Source: Eledone cirrhosa | Lineage: Eukaryota | DNA: 64,000 bases | Direction of reading: 5' to 3' | Assembly: GCA_964016885.1 (NCBI GenBank) | Contig: OZ024745.1 | Location: 23,684,001-23,748,000, forward strand | In this document: positions 11,276 to 27,003 of the stretch, in pieces | How the letters are laid out: each line of letters opens with the position of its first letter | How positions within the stretch are numbered: the stretch's first letter is position 1 | Notes under the pieces: model-generated | The model's database searches: none | What the model was told of the DNA's origin: nothing | The model's input: the letters and a program-made list of their open reading frames with translations, nothing else | Translations under genes and position numbers: made by a program

Positions 11276-14200
11276 ATGGCCAATATAAGAGTTGGATGTG
11301 TGAACGTACGCGGCCTGGGGATGCCCTGGAAACAGGGCAAACTCTTAAACGACCTCAGGTCGCACAGTTTGGATGTGGTAGCCATTTGCGAGTCCAGGAT
11401 CCACGGCGAGCGACAGCTGGCCCCCATCTTCGATGACTTTGAGATCTACGCATCTCTCTGTCAACCGGGGGGTGGGGGCGGAGTTGCCGTTTTGCTGCGG
11501 AAACACCTGGGCCTCGTAACACAGACGGTACATCTGGACCCGGAGGGTCGACTGGTGGTCCTAGACGTTGACGGTAGTGAAGGTGGAGCGTTCAGGCTGG
11601 TGGCCGCATATGCCCCATCCGGGACACCGCGGCCAGACTTCTTCAAACGTCTAGAGACTTTTCTGGGAACGTCCCGCTCCTTGCTTTTAGTGGGGGACTG
11701 GAATGGAATCCTAGATGCACGTTGGGACTATGTGGGAGCATGTCCCGATAAAGGGGGTGTAACAGCCTCAAACAGTTAATCGACCGATTTGACCTGGCCG
11801 ATAGATATCGACTAGATTTTCCGACTGCGCCACTGTGGACGTGGAGTAATCGTAGCGGAACATCTAGATCGTACCTAGATAGGGTTCTAGTTAGAAATAA
11901 GGATAGGGACATGTTAAGCTGTCCACAAATGTTCATGGTTGCCTATTCAGATCACAAACTAGTGACCTGCATGGCCAACCTTGATAGAACCCATAGACAA
12001 GGACCCGGCTACTGGAAGCTGAACTTGTCGTTACCGACAAGCAAAGCCTACAGTAGACGGATTAGCACTTTAGTTAAACAGCACTTGACAGGGGCCATTG
12101 TCAACAACAGATGGTGGTACTCTCTCAAGAGGGCAGTTAGATTAGACTCGATAGTTTTTAGTAAAGAATTAGCGTTAGATAGAAATAGAACCGAGAAGGA
12201 ACTGGTAGATAAAGTAGAAGAGGCTATTAGAAGTGGCAACGTAGCCAGCGTGCTAGCAACGAGAACGGCCTTGGACCAGTTCTTCGACGCAAAGCACGAG
12301 GGCTGCGTTGTCAGAAGCAAAATACGTGCTCTGGGAAACGAGGGAGCCAAAGGTGTTAGCTGGGCCCGAGTGACGGAGGCAAAAAGTGGCAACAAGTCCA
12401 CGATTCGGTCTTTGAAGGACCAAAACGGACGCGTGATACGTGAGCCGAAGCAGATGTGTGCGGCTTTTCAGCGGCACTTTGCTCGGCTGTTCGGGGGGAG
12501 CGGCGCGCCGGGAGAGGCTATGGATTTCGGTCCATACCTCGACGGCCTACCGCGACTCTCGGACAGCGAGGCGAAGTTCTGCGAAAAGCCGATTTCAGCC
12601 ACTGAGATAGGGGACGCGCTGAGCCAATGCGGCAAACGCAAATCACCAGGTCTCGACGGTCTACCCTACGAATTTTACGTAGCAATGCCGGACTTATTCT
12701 CCGGTCTCCTGGAAGCGGTCTACTGCAACTGGCAACAGAACGGGAGAATTCCCAGTTCTGTAACCGGGGGCGTGGTCACACTAATCAGGAAGGACGAGAA
12801 TAAGGGGGATGACATAGGCAACTTCCGGCCCATAACTCTGCTAAACACAGAGTTACAGATTTTGGCCAAGGTGTTGGCAAAGAGGCTGGCGCTTGTCGTC
12901 GAGAACCTGGTGGGAGAAGCGCAGACATGCGCGATCCCGACCAGGTCCATACACGACAACCTCCACCTCATGCGATACATCATAGAGAGGGTAGGGTGTA
13001 AACCCGGCTTCGGTGGGGCCCTGATCAACTTGGATCAGTCTAAGGCTTTCGATAGGGTTGACCATCGTTACCTGGATGCGGTGCTCGAGGCGGCAGGCTT
13101 CGGACCCGTGTTCAGGGGCTGGATTGCTGCAATGCACAACAGCAACATCTGCTCAAGGGTCAAGGTGAACGGTTACCTCTCGGAGCCGTTCCATATTACG
13201 CGATCCATTCGACAGGGATGCCCTCTCTCCTCCCTTCTGTACGTACTGACTCTCGAGCCACTACTGCGGAAGCTGGAGCTATTGCAGGGCATCCCTCTGG
13301 AACCGGGACTGCGGAAAGCGGCGTCGGCCTACGCCGACGACGTGACAGTAATGGTGTCGAGCGCCTCGCAAATCGAGAAAGTCGGCACCTTACTAAAGGA
13401 ATACGAAAGTCTCACAGGAGCGAAGCTGAACCGGGACAAGTCCATCGGTTTGCAACTCGGATCGTGGAGAGGCAGACCGATGCCTTCCGATGGCGTCGTC
13501 GGACGCTGGACGGAAGGACCGGTAAAGCTGCTCGGGGTCTGGTTTGGTCCGGACCTCCAGGTGGAGAAGAACTGGAACGAAGTGACGGCCAAGGTGTTTG
13601 CACTCACCCAGAAGTGGGCCGAGTGCAAACTATCCTTGAAAGGTCGAGCGGAGGTGGCGAACACTTTTATAGCGTCCGCCATCTACTACCGCTTGACCGT
13701 CGTGCCTTGTCCAGCCAAAACGCTCGCCAAAATGGAGCGCGCCCTCTTCCGATTCCTTTGGAAGAGGCGGGCTCCTTTGGTAAGAAGATCCATCTGCTGC
13801 CAACACCCTTCTAACGGAGGGCTGGGGATGCCGTGGTTGACGATGCGCAAACACGCGCTCAGGCTGCGGCATCTCTACGTATTCCTCACCGGACAACCGG
13901 TGTGGGCCCCGTTCGTGAGGCGAGCCTTCCCACGACTCGTCTCACTGACCGAGCTGCAGTCCTGGGTCAAGCAGAGACCGAGGAAAATGGGCGACTGGCA
14001 CATCGAATGTGCTCAGGCGCTCACAGCCCTCTGGCAGGCGGACCCGGCGATCAGTGGAGACTCCACTTCGTCATTCTATAGAGGGTTGGTCCGCAGCAAG
14101 TGCGACGACGCGCTCGGTGAAACTCTAGGCGTGGAGGAAGATGAACTGGCCAGTCTGTTCGGTAGGACCTTCCGCCCGGGACCGATGGACAACTTCCAAA

Positions 14201-14712
14201 AGTCCCTGGCCTGGCAGTGCTACCGAGGAGCTCTACCAGTTCGAGACAAGCTCTACAGACATGGGCGCCCGGGCAGGGACCCTGCAAAAAAGATCTGTCC
14301 GAGGTGCGTGCGAGACGAAGAAACCGTCGCGCACGCATTCATACACTGCCCGGGCGTCACTGACCTGTGGGGATATGTAGAACGACTATTGTCGCGGGTG
14401 GGACCAATCCAGTTGACCACCGAGTCCATTGTCATGATCAAACCGCCACCCTCCTTCAAAAACGAAGGAGAGGCGGTTTTCCTTTGTGTGATAGCTATGG
14501 CGAAAGAGGTTGTATGGTGGACAAGGTTGAAAGGGCTGAGGTCAGACACCTTTCTCTCCGGCCAACAACTGATTCTTTTTTTCAAATACCACTTTGGAAG
14601 AAGAATCAGGATGGAGAGAGAGGTGCTGTACCCCAGCAAGTTTTATGAAAGGTGGGTGAAAGTGGCGAGAATGGCCCGAGTGAATGGGCCTTCTCTCTAT
14701 ATCAGCCTGTAG
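11276..14712 (+). CDS. ORF2 APE endonuclease + reverse transcriptase + Cys/His zinc finger, copy B (1-nt frameshift near 11755)
   Basis: NVRGL, GDWN, SYLDR, SDH endonuclease motifs; RQGCPLS and YADD RT motifs; CPRC...HAFIHC; G5 here versus G6 in copy C at the frameshift. Confidence 0.92.
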
Positions 14713-15436
14713 ATTGAAGAAAAGGAGGAGGAGAGGAAAGGAGTACAAGCTCTTCGTACTCCTGGAGATGAGGGTTGCACATTTTTTTCGGGGGTATGTG
14801 TTACCCATATAAACTGTCTCCCTCTATTGGGGAAAATCGACTAACTTTTAAATTCCATCTGTGATAACATTTTACACGTTTTTATTGTATGTAAACTTCC
14901 CCCTTTGTATTTGTCCCCTTCTTTTGTGCCCCTGTGGCTAATAAAGAAATATATCTATCTATATCTATATATATATATATTTTACCACTGTCGTAAAAAA
15001 AGCCTTCTGGATTATCTCCCTTTCTCTTCTCCTTCTCCTCACTTTTGGTTGCACGTGTCTCTCTCTCACTTTCTCCTGTCTATGTGAGAGGCAGCACGAT
15101 TATACCAGCTCTGAGTCGTAGCTGACCACTAGGCTAAAGTCTCCCAGGTTGGCCACAACTTACTTTCCCTATTTTTCCACGGTTACCCATTTGCATGTTT
15201 ATTTCACCTGTGTCTTCCCACGATAGGACCTGTTCACTTTTTTTCTCCTATTCTTTTTCTATTTTTTCTCCATTTTTCCTTCTCCCTTTCTTCCTCTCTC
15301 CTCATTTTCTTCCACCCTCTGTTCTTCCTCTTTTCCCTCTCTTTCCTTTTCTCTCTCCTTTTTTTCTCCCCTTTTTTTTCTCTCTTTCTCTCTCATTTTC
15401 CTCCTGGCCTGTTGATTAATAAAAGGCCTCGGGCGC

Positions 15437-15530
15437 TCCCGAACTCCACCGATGTCCTGTTATTCAGTGCCGAAACATCGGATCGGGATACATTTACAGC
15501 TGACGAAGGAAGCTCCTTACTTCCTTTCTC
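15437..15530 (+). ncRNA. Hammerhead-derived motif with core strands in non-canonical order
   Basis: CCGATGTC|CTGT (15449-60), GAAACATCGG (15472-81), TACAG-CTGACGA-AGG (15495-509); stems I and III are complementary in register. Confidence 0.4.
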
Positions 15531-15601
15531 CTCTTGTTCCGTCCTAACCACCATCCTAAACCTTGTTTTTAGTAACCACGCAGCTCCTTTCGTTTCATAT
15601 C

Positions 15602-15646
<45 letters not shown>

Positions 15647-15769
15647 ATGGATATGGTAAACTTCGTTTGAACATTACTTACGAGAGAACTCGATACTTGG
15701 GGTAGTAGATTGGGTAAAGGGAAAAATTGGAATTGTTCATTATATATATACATATCGATGCCTGCACGT

Positions 15770-15900
15770 TTGAATGGTTAAGAAGCTCAGTATACAAACG
15801 TGAGCTCCCGGGTTTGATGCTACTGCGTGGGACCTTGGGCAAGTTTCTTTACCGTAGCTTCCGATTGATCCAAGCATTCTGAGTGAAACTAGATACGGGA
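15770..15900 (+). mobile_element. Degenerate tRNA-derived SINE
   Basis: TGGTTAAG...GGTTTGATGC...ACCTTGGGCAAGT. Confidence 0.5.
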
Positions 15901-16149
15901 GCTCGTAGAAAGAATCTTACCTATAATGTCAACCCTGTCAGATATTGTATCACATTGATTCGACTCAAGGGTACACGTCTTTGTGGTATACTAACTGATT
16001 TACACCTTAATTTTAAGGCTCACCAGGCCGGTGTTTTGCCCGGTTTCCATGACATTAAGCGACTGAGAGTAGATGACACCTCCATCGGAGGTTTAACTCC
16101 CCCTCACTCCCCTGGTATTGCCACTATTCATTTTCAGCCGAATATACCG

Positions 16150-16410
16150 TACGCACGTGGCCTAGTGGTAAGGGTGTTGGACTTACGATTATAAAGCTGT
16201 TGGTTCGATTCCTGAGCTGGGTTGTGTGTTATGTTCTTCAGCAAAACACCTCCTTTCACGTTCCTCAGTAAACTCAGCTGAAAATGCGTACTAGCAATAG
16301 CTGGGGATTTAACGCTGTGATTGACTGGTGCCTTGTCCAGGGGGAATCTTGTACTCTCAGTCGCTTCATGCCACGACAACAACCAAGATAAGCACCGGCC
16401 TGTTGAGCCT
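16150..16410 (+). mobile_element. tRNA-derived SINE (family 1)
   Basis: CGTGGCCTAGTGGTAAGGG...GGTTCGATTCC...TTCTTCAGCAAAACAC..TTTCACGTT. Confidence 0.7.
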
Positions 16411-16949
16411 CTGAACTTGAGACTTTAGACTTTACAGAGATACTAGAGCAACTTGAAATGAAACCCATGACATTATGATCGTAAGTTCAACACACCTACC
16501 ACCAGGCCACATGCCTCCACTACACCTTAATTGACGAGGTAAATAATCATAAAATTTTCATCGTGAAAGTCGTCAAAGGATCCATCATATGTCCTGTCCT
16601 TACATAGATTCTATGGACGTCCGTCAGATTCGACGATGAATTGTTCCAGTTGTTCTGTTAACGGAACTGCGTCCTCATGAAGTTAACGTCTAAATGGCTG
16701 AGAATTCCACTGACACTTGTACTCAGGAAGATTCGGTGTGAGGAAGCTGGCCTTTTGAATTACATGTACAGTCCATCTGACAGGCTTCTAAAGAGTTTCA
16801 GTCTATGCCACACACAAGGCATGGTCTCACTCGAAGTTATGGTAAATGATGCTAGCCTACCATCCCACCTAAGTGAGAATAAACTCGAGACCTAATCATT
16901 GCGAAACGAACTTGAAAGTCATTCGGCCATATTAGGTTAACACAGCCAC

Positions 16950-18460
<1,511 letters not shown>

Positions 18461-18899
18461 AACAAAAATCTCTCAATGTGTTTGGCAACTATACAATGTG
18501 TATCATTTACAACATTTACCATTGTTAATAAACTTAATTAAATCAAATTAAATGTTGTTGTTTTTTGTTAAATTTTCATTTAGTTTCAGGATTAATTTAG
18601 GATTTTAATGAAGGTAATGTTTTGAACAAAATAGAAATACGCGCACGAGTATATATATATATATATTATATAAACCAATAAATAACTTACAAAGTCAAGT
18701 AGATATATACACTCGTGGAGAAGTATACATTGGACAGTGAATACCTGTTTACATCTTAACAACGCTACAGTGTAGATACAAAACAATGTGGAACCAATGA
18801 AAGACTGACTCCATGTAGTAACTTACCTGCTAGAAATAGCTGCCAAATCTGCTAAGAGAAAGGAAGGTCATATTGGATAGTACGATAATAGGTTTTAAG

Positions 18900-19075
18900 T
18901 GTATTATGTCATGTCGTCCTCAAAAGAAAACCTTCACAGTGCACCCTACATGTGTGTGCTGCTCCACTGAAGCAGGTGGAAGAAGTTCAAGTATCTCGGA
19001 ACCCTGTTCACGAGTGATAGAACAGATCAGGTTGAATTAAGTGCAAGGATTGGATGAGTTGGTGCAGTAATGAAC
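18900..19075 (+). mobile_element. RTE-clade LINE RT fragment (degenerate)
   Basis: Reads QVE..FKYLGTLFTSD...ARIG..GAVM; homologous to 53075-53150. Confidence 0.65.
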
Positions 19076-19315
19076 ATAATTGAAATAATTAATAAAGCAA
19101 CATAACATGCATATACACATATACATAGCTAATGTACAGGCTGTGAGGTCAATTCCTGGCGTTGCATTGTGTCCTTGAGCAAGATACTTTATTATTATTA
19201 TACTCGCAAGATACTTTATTATTATTATACTCGCTGCTTGTACCTGCTCACCTAACAAAAAGTGACTTGTACCTGTAATTTAAAGATACAATCTTGTATG
19301 TATGCATTAAGGGTG

Positions 19316-19368
<53 letters not shown>

Positions 19369-19469
19369 CAGCTCACACCTATGCAGGTTTAGCTGGCCTC
19401 CTCCAAGGTATATCTCGTTGGAGGTGTCTTGGGTGATTTAATGATAGGGACCCTAGTTCTATCCTCTCA

Positions 19470-19610
19470 TTTCTACAGCTGAGTAAACTGGAGCAACGTG
19501 AAATAAAGTGTCTTGCTCAAGGAAACAACACATCACCCGGTCCGAGAATTGAACGCACAACCTTTCGATTGCAAGCCCAATGCTCTAACCACTAAGCCAT
19601 GCGCCTTCAC
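19470..19610 (-). mobile_element. tRNA-derived SINE (family 1)
   Basis: Reverse complement of the 325-440 head (GAAGGCGCATGGCTTAGTGGTTAGAG...CCTTGAGCAAGACACTTTATTTCACGTTGCTCC). Confidence 0.75.
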
Positions 19611-20291
19611 GTGTGTCAATGCTCAGTCGCTCGCACGATAATTTCACGAATAGGTCAACCAACTGGATGACTTGATGTTAGAACAGGGAGGGCACCAGTA
19701 CATTGCATATACCACATTACATATACACATATGAGTGCAGATATTTTCTAAATGTCATGGAAATCTCTTATGATTATCCCCAATTCTAACGATGTAACAT
19801 TTGCGTATGTTTTCATTTTTGATTTTTGTTTCAAAACAAGCTTCTTCTTTATAAAATTAGTTTAAATACTTCAGAAAAAAAAGTAGGTAGATATGTAGTT
19901 ACTACATAATTAAGATGGTGTTGTAATTTCATACAGGATTACAGTTACCAGCAATACACAATTTCATGTGAAGCCAAATTAATACATTCTTAAATTTATT
20001 TCACATTTCCGTTCGAAATTCAGTGTGGAACTACGGTATGTGTTTAATTACAAACCTATAATGCTTCACACTCATTTCCGCACACAAACCACGACACACA
20101 CTCAGACAAACACACATACATACACGTGTGTGTATAGAAATACATACATGCGTGTATATATATATATACATGTGTATATGTATACACACACACGCACACA
20201 TATATATATATTTATATACATATATATATATATTATTTATATATATATAATATATATATATTTATATACATATATATATATTATTTATATA

Positions 20292-21597
<1,306 letters not shown>

Positions 21598-21648
21598 AGT
21601 AAGTTAAATATGTAAAATTTGACTTCGATTATTATAGATTATAAATTT

Positions 21649-21703
21649 ACTGCTATATATATTTCGGTGACAGCCATCATTGGCTGTGACTTCTTCAGGC
21701 AGT
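21649..21703 (-). ncRNA. Minimal type I hammerhead ribozyme
   Basis: ACUGC-CUGAAGA-A-GUCACAGCCA(AUGA)UGGCUGUCAC-C-GAAA-UAUAUA-UA-GCAGU; perfect 5-bp stem I and palindromic stem III. Confidence 0.8.
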
Positions 21704-21945
21704 CCGAATTGGTGTGGGAAAGACAGGTACACATGTTGTTGAGGTGTGTTTCACTCCGTCAATACATCGATATGTCCAGCTCCTGGGTGTGTTGTTATAT
21801 ATATATTTATTTGGAACCAAATAAATATATATATTTTTTTTAAAAATAAGACTTCAGTTGCATTTTCGATTTCATCTCTTTTTCTTTATACTTTCACTCG
21901 TGTAGGACACCTCGGTTATTTTTCATTTTGTAAAAAAAACCTCAC

Positions 21946-22051
<106 letters not shown>

Positions 22052-22334
22052 TATACAAAAGCCAACCGGGCTGTGTATGCAACACTCCAATCAGTAAACG
22101 ATGATGCAATTCGGTTCAAGCACTCAACTACATATGTACAAATGTGATTTGGTTGCCCATGGCAGAATATACCCACAATAATGATAATTACGAAGACTTT
22201 AATGTGGATATTTATAATTCATTTTATTCCTAATCTGCCCTAATACATATTTCTGAGGTATTCATGATAATGAAATGCATTCATCACACAACCACCAACA
22301 CGACTTCATCAGACAGTATCTTAAGTAATAAGTG

Positions 22335-22517
22335 TTTCTACTTTTGGCACAAGGCCAGCAATTAATTACCCAGTGCATTACTGGTACTTTATTTTATCGA
22401 CCCCGTAGGGATGAAAGGCAAAGTTAACCTCGGCGGGATTTGAACTCAGAATGGCAAGGGCCGTAACTCTATGCGTCATAAGCATGGCGTCCGACCCTAT
22501 ACCGATACTGCCAATAA
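22335..22517 (-). mobile_element. tRNA-derived SINE with Nin-like domain (family 2)
   Basis: Reverse complement reads GGCAGTATCGGTA..GAGTTCAAATCCCGCCGAGGTTAACTTTGCCTTTCATCC..GGGGTCGATAAAATAAAAGTACCAG. Confidence 0.8.
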
Positions 22518-23086
22518 GTAATAAGGTTGTTATATCATATTCCTATTTCAATATGGCCGATAAATAAGTTGACTGGCTGTCTACGGAAAAGAAACATCGA
22601 ATTTATCCGATACATACATAAATATCCGAGATGTACAGCTATATATTGATGAATGCTATGGCTATTCTATGAATAAAACTGACTGAATACACTTGTATTG
22701 TCTTACTGGCAGCATGTATTTTATTACCAACGTATTGAACACTGTGTGTGTGGATTAATGAATAAACTCTAACTAACTTCGGTGTCACACGTTTAATAAC
22801 TATACATTCACCTTCGTTGTACGGGTAGTATCTGGACCCACGTAAGATAATCTTTCAGAAGGAAAAAGCATTTCATAGCTCCAGAAGAATAATGATTTCT
22901 TTTCAGTAAGTTTGTTAATCAATTCACGCTGTCAGCGAATACACTATTCATGAGTTCTGAGCTACATTCTGTTTCTCCACAACAAAGTCAAGATAATAAT
23001 CGAGATGCTATCGAGTAATTCAAAGATATGTTTGCATTTTAAATTCAAGCTTTTTTCAACTATTTACACAGTGAGGCTAAATTATG

Positions 23087-23137
<51 letters not shown>

Positions 23138-23489
23138 TGACTATATTTCTAGATATAGTGTATATATATATATGTACGCATACGCACATATATGCATACA
23201 TAAATATACATACATGCTAACGTACATACTTACATAAATACATACATATACATGCATATACATACATATGTGTATATACATACATGTGTATGTATGTGTG
23301 ATGAAAGAGAGAGAGAGAGAGGGGGGGATAGAAAGAACATAAGTATGGAATAAGAAGTGGCTATGGTGCATAAGAGAGTTATGAGGAAATAAAACAATGA
23401 TGGGATAGGGCAAAACTCAAGGTGAGCAGGCGAACAAGGTACCATAAAAATGACACATAAATCTCTGATTAAAGTTATGACGTGGTAGA

Positions 23490-24690
23490 TATGGTGTGGT
23501 GCTATTGGTGGTGTGGTAGTGTTGGTGGTGTGGTGTTGCTAGTGGTGGTGGTGAGGTGTTGGTGGTGTGGTGGTGTTGTTGCTGGTGTGGTGATATTGTT
23601 GGTGTGGTGGTGTTAGTGGTGTGGTGGTGTTGTTGGTGGTGTGGTGTTGTTGGTTGTGTGGTGTTGTTGGCGGTGTGGTGCTATTGTTGTTGGTGTGGTG
23701 GTGTTAGTGGTCTGGTGGTATTGTTGGTGTGGTGTGGTGTTGTTAGTGTTCTGGTGGTGGTGGTGGTGGTGTTGTTGCTGTGGTGTTGTTGGTGTTGGTG
23801 TTGTTGGTGGTGTGGTATTATTAGTTGTTTGGTGGTGGTGTTGTTGGTGTGGTGTTATTAGTGGTCTGGTGGTATTGTTTGTGTGGTGTGGTGTTGTTAG
23901 TGGTCTGGTGGTGGTGTTGTTGGTGTGGTGTTGTTGGCGGTGTGGTATTATTAGTTGTTTGGTGGTGGTGTTGTTGGTGTGGTGTTATTAGTGGTCTGGT
24001 GGTATTGTTTGTGTGGTGTGGTGTTGTTAGTGGTCTGGTGGCATTGTTGTTGGTGTGGTGGTGTTAGTGGTCTGGTGGTATTGTTGCTGTGGTGTTGTTG
24101 GTGTTGGTGGTGTGGTATTATTAGTTGTCTGGTGGTGGTGTTGTTGGTGTGGTGTTATTAGTGGTCTGGTGGTATTGTTTGTGTGGTGTGGTGTTGTTAG
24201 TGGTCTGGTGGTGGTGGTGTTGTTGGTGTGGTGTTGTTAGTGGTCTGGTGGTGGTGGTGTTGTTGGTGTGGTGGTGTTGTTGGTGTGGTGTTGTTAGTGG
24301 TCTGGTGGTGTTGTTGGAGTGGTGGTGTTGGTGTTGGTGTTGTTGGTGGAGTGGTATTGTTAGTTTTCTGGTGGTGGTGTGGTAGTGGTGTTGTTGGTGT
24401 GGTGGTAGTGTTGGTGTGGTGTGGTGTTGTTAGTGGTTTGGTGGTGTTGTTGGTAGTGTGGTGTTGTTAGTGGTTTGGTGGTGTTGTTGGTAGTGTGGTG
24501 TTGGAAATGTGGTGTTGTTATTGTTGGTGTGATGCTGTTGTTGGTGGTGTGGTGTTGTTGGTGTGGTGGTGTTGTTGGTGTGGTGGTGTTGTTAGTGGTC
24601 TGGTGGTGTAGCTGTTGGTGTGGTGTTGTTGTTGGTAGTGTGGTGTGGTGTTGTTGGTAGTGTGATGTTGGAAATGTGGTGGTGTTGTTG
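23490..24690. repeat. GT-rich degenerate tandem repeat (GGT/GTT, TTAGTGGTCTGG cores)
   Basis: Directly visible. Confidence 0.9.
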
Positions 24691-24868
24691 TATATATATA
24701 TTTTATATAGACAGTACATATATGACTACATTTGAAGATATAGTGTATATATATTTTATATAGACAGTACATCTATGACTACATTTGAAGATATAGTGTA
24801 TATATATTTTATATAGACAGTACATCTATGACTACATTTGAAGATATAGTGTATATATATTTTATATA
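24690..24868. repeat. ~53-bp tandem repeat x3
   Basis: GACAGTACATCTATGACTACATTTGAAGATATAGTG recurs at ~24710, ~24763 and ~24817. Confidence 0.9.
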
Positions 24869-24869
24869 A

Positions 24870-25080
24870 TGGTTTCTGATTTAGGCACAAGGCCAACAAT
24901 TTTGGGGAGAGGGGAAAGTCAATTTGGGAGGAGGGGAAATCGACCCCAGTGCATTACTGGTGCTTTATTTTATGAACCCCGTAAGGATGAAAGGCAAAGC
25001 TAACCCCGGCGGGATTTGAACTCAGAATGTAAAGGGTCATAACTCTATGCCACGTAAAAGTGTATCCGACATACTAGCGA
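24870..25080 (-). mobile_element. SINE family 2
   Basis: Same GGCACAAGGCC...AGGATGAAAGGCAAAG...GGGATTTGAACTCAG core. Confidence 0.8.
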
Positions 25081-26130
25081 TACCTACACTATTTAGTGTT
25101 GTGTAGCGATATTTAGAATGTGGTAAACTCCTAATGAATTTAATTCATGGCCTGTTTTTTTTTAATTCCCATTTGAGGCAAATTCACTTCATTTTCATAT
25201 CTAAAGATCTTGGGAAAAGCATGGCTACCACAATATTCAATTCCTTCGTTTTTTTTCCACTAAAATCTAATGCCTGTATACACTGTCAAAAAGAAACCAT
25301 TATTTTGTGCAGGATTTAAAAAGATATTTGATATAGAGTATATGGGTGAAGTGCAAGGAATAGTTTAGAATATCTGTGGGTTGGAGTGCAGCAAACAATC
25401 TTTGATGATCATTGACCCTCGATTATACCCTTGGCTCATACGTCATATCAGAAGATATTATAAAACTGGAAATGAGGTTTTTTTTTAAATCTTCCCCAAA
25501 AGACAACAAAAAAAACGCGCGTGTTGAAATATCACCAAATAGGAAAAAGATGAGAGAGGGGAGGGGGAGAGAAAGAAAGAGTGATAGTGTATAAGTACCA
25601 AAAATGGAAAATAAATGAGACAATAATGAAACGACCATTGGAAATTAAGAAGGCAGTTTACTAGATTTATGCTGGAATATATACGCTGAACTAGATTCTT
25701 CACACACCTGCCTCATATATCAACAGAAAAAAAAGAAATAACCGCAGAATATTTGTTTGAAAAATTCAATTAGAAAATAGACAAATCATAAAATCCCTAT
25801 GGTAAGAGACAATAAAAAATATAAAATGGAAACTGAATAATGAACAAAAATAAAAAACAAAATAGACCTCACTTTCTTCACTATGAAATAAAGCGTACTC
25901 CAGAAAAAGGAAATAAAGAATGTGCCACATATTTTAAGAAATTTGAAATTAATAAAAAGAAATTAAACAGAGAGCAAAAAAAGAAAAAGGAAAGGAAAGA
26001 TAGAAGAAAAGGCAGATGTCTCTGAGATAAAAAAAATATGAACACCCGATTATATACTTTAGAAATCACATGTTTTGTAACGGTTCATATATATATATAT
26101 ATATATATATACATGCATACATACACCTCC

Positions 26131-26227
<97 letters not shown>

Positions 26228-26310
26228 TACATACACCCCCACATATATATATATATATATGGGGGTGTATGTATGCATGTATATATATATATACATGCAT
26301 ACATACACCC

Positions 26311-26348
<38 letters not shown>

Positions 26349-26619
26349 AGGTGTATGTATACATGTATATATACATATATATACATATATATGTATATAT
26401 AACCCATGCTAGCGTGGAAGAATGGACGTAAAACGGTAATGATGATGATGATGATGATGATATAGTATTGATATGATTAAATAGAGATGCTGTAGTGACA
26501 AAATCGTTGGTGCGTCGGACAAATTGATTTACTGTAACTAGCTTCGGAGCTTTACGTTCTGAATTGAAACCCCACCGAAGTAAACGTTACTATTTATCCT
26601 TCAGGAATGAAAAATAATA

Positions 26620-27003
26620 ATTGTTTCTACTTCAGACACAAGGCCAGCAATTACCTAGTACATTACTGGTACTTTATTTTATCGACCCCGTAAGGATGAA
26701 AGACAAAGTTAACCTCGGCGGGATTTGAACTTAGAATGGCAAGGACCGTAACTCTATGCGTCAAAGCATGGCGTCCGACCCTCTACCGATACTGCCAATC
26801 CACCACCTTAATAATTATTTCTACTTTAGGCACAAGGCCATCAATTATTCAGTACATTACTGGTACTTTATTTTATCGACCCCGTAAGGATGAAAGGCAA
26901 AGTCAACCTCAGCGGGATTTGAACTCAGATCGTAAAGGGACGTAACTATGCTCGAAATCATGGCGTCCGACTCTCCACCGATACTGCCAATCCACCACCG
27001 CCA
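26620..27003 (-). mobile_element. Two tandem SINE family 2 copies
   Basis: Core repeated at ~26635-26810 and ~26828-27003. Confidence 0.85.

Larger units (their letters stand above)
9139..14950 (+). mobile_element. Tx1/L1-clade LINE copy B, near full length
   Basis: 5'UTR, ORF1 with CCHC knuckle, ORF2 APE-RT-zf, 3'UTR ending GTGGCTAATAAAGAAAT then ATATCTATCT. Confidence 0.93.

Noticed and set aside
12048-14639. Antisense and alternate-frame ORFs overlapping Tx1 ORF2, recurring between copies
   Set aside because: Expected shadows of a GC-rich conserved coding sequence
18720-18800. Degenerate hammerhead 3' half on minus (GTAAACAG..CTGTC CAATG)
   Set aside because: GAAA is mutated and CUGANGA is absent
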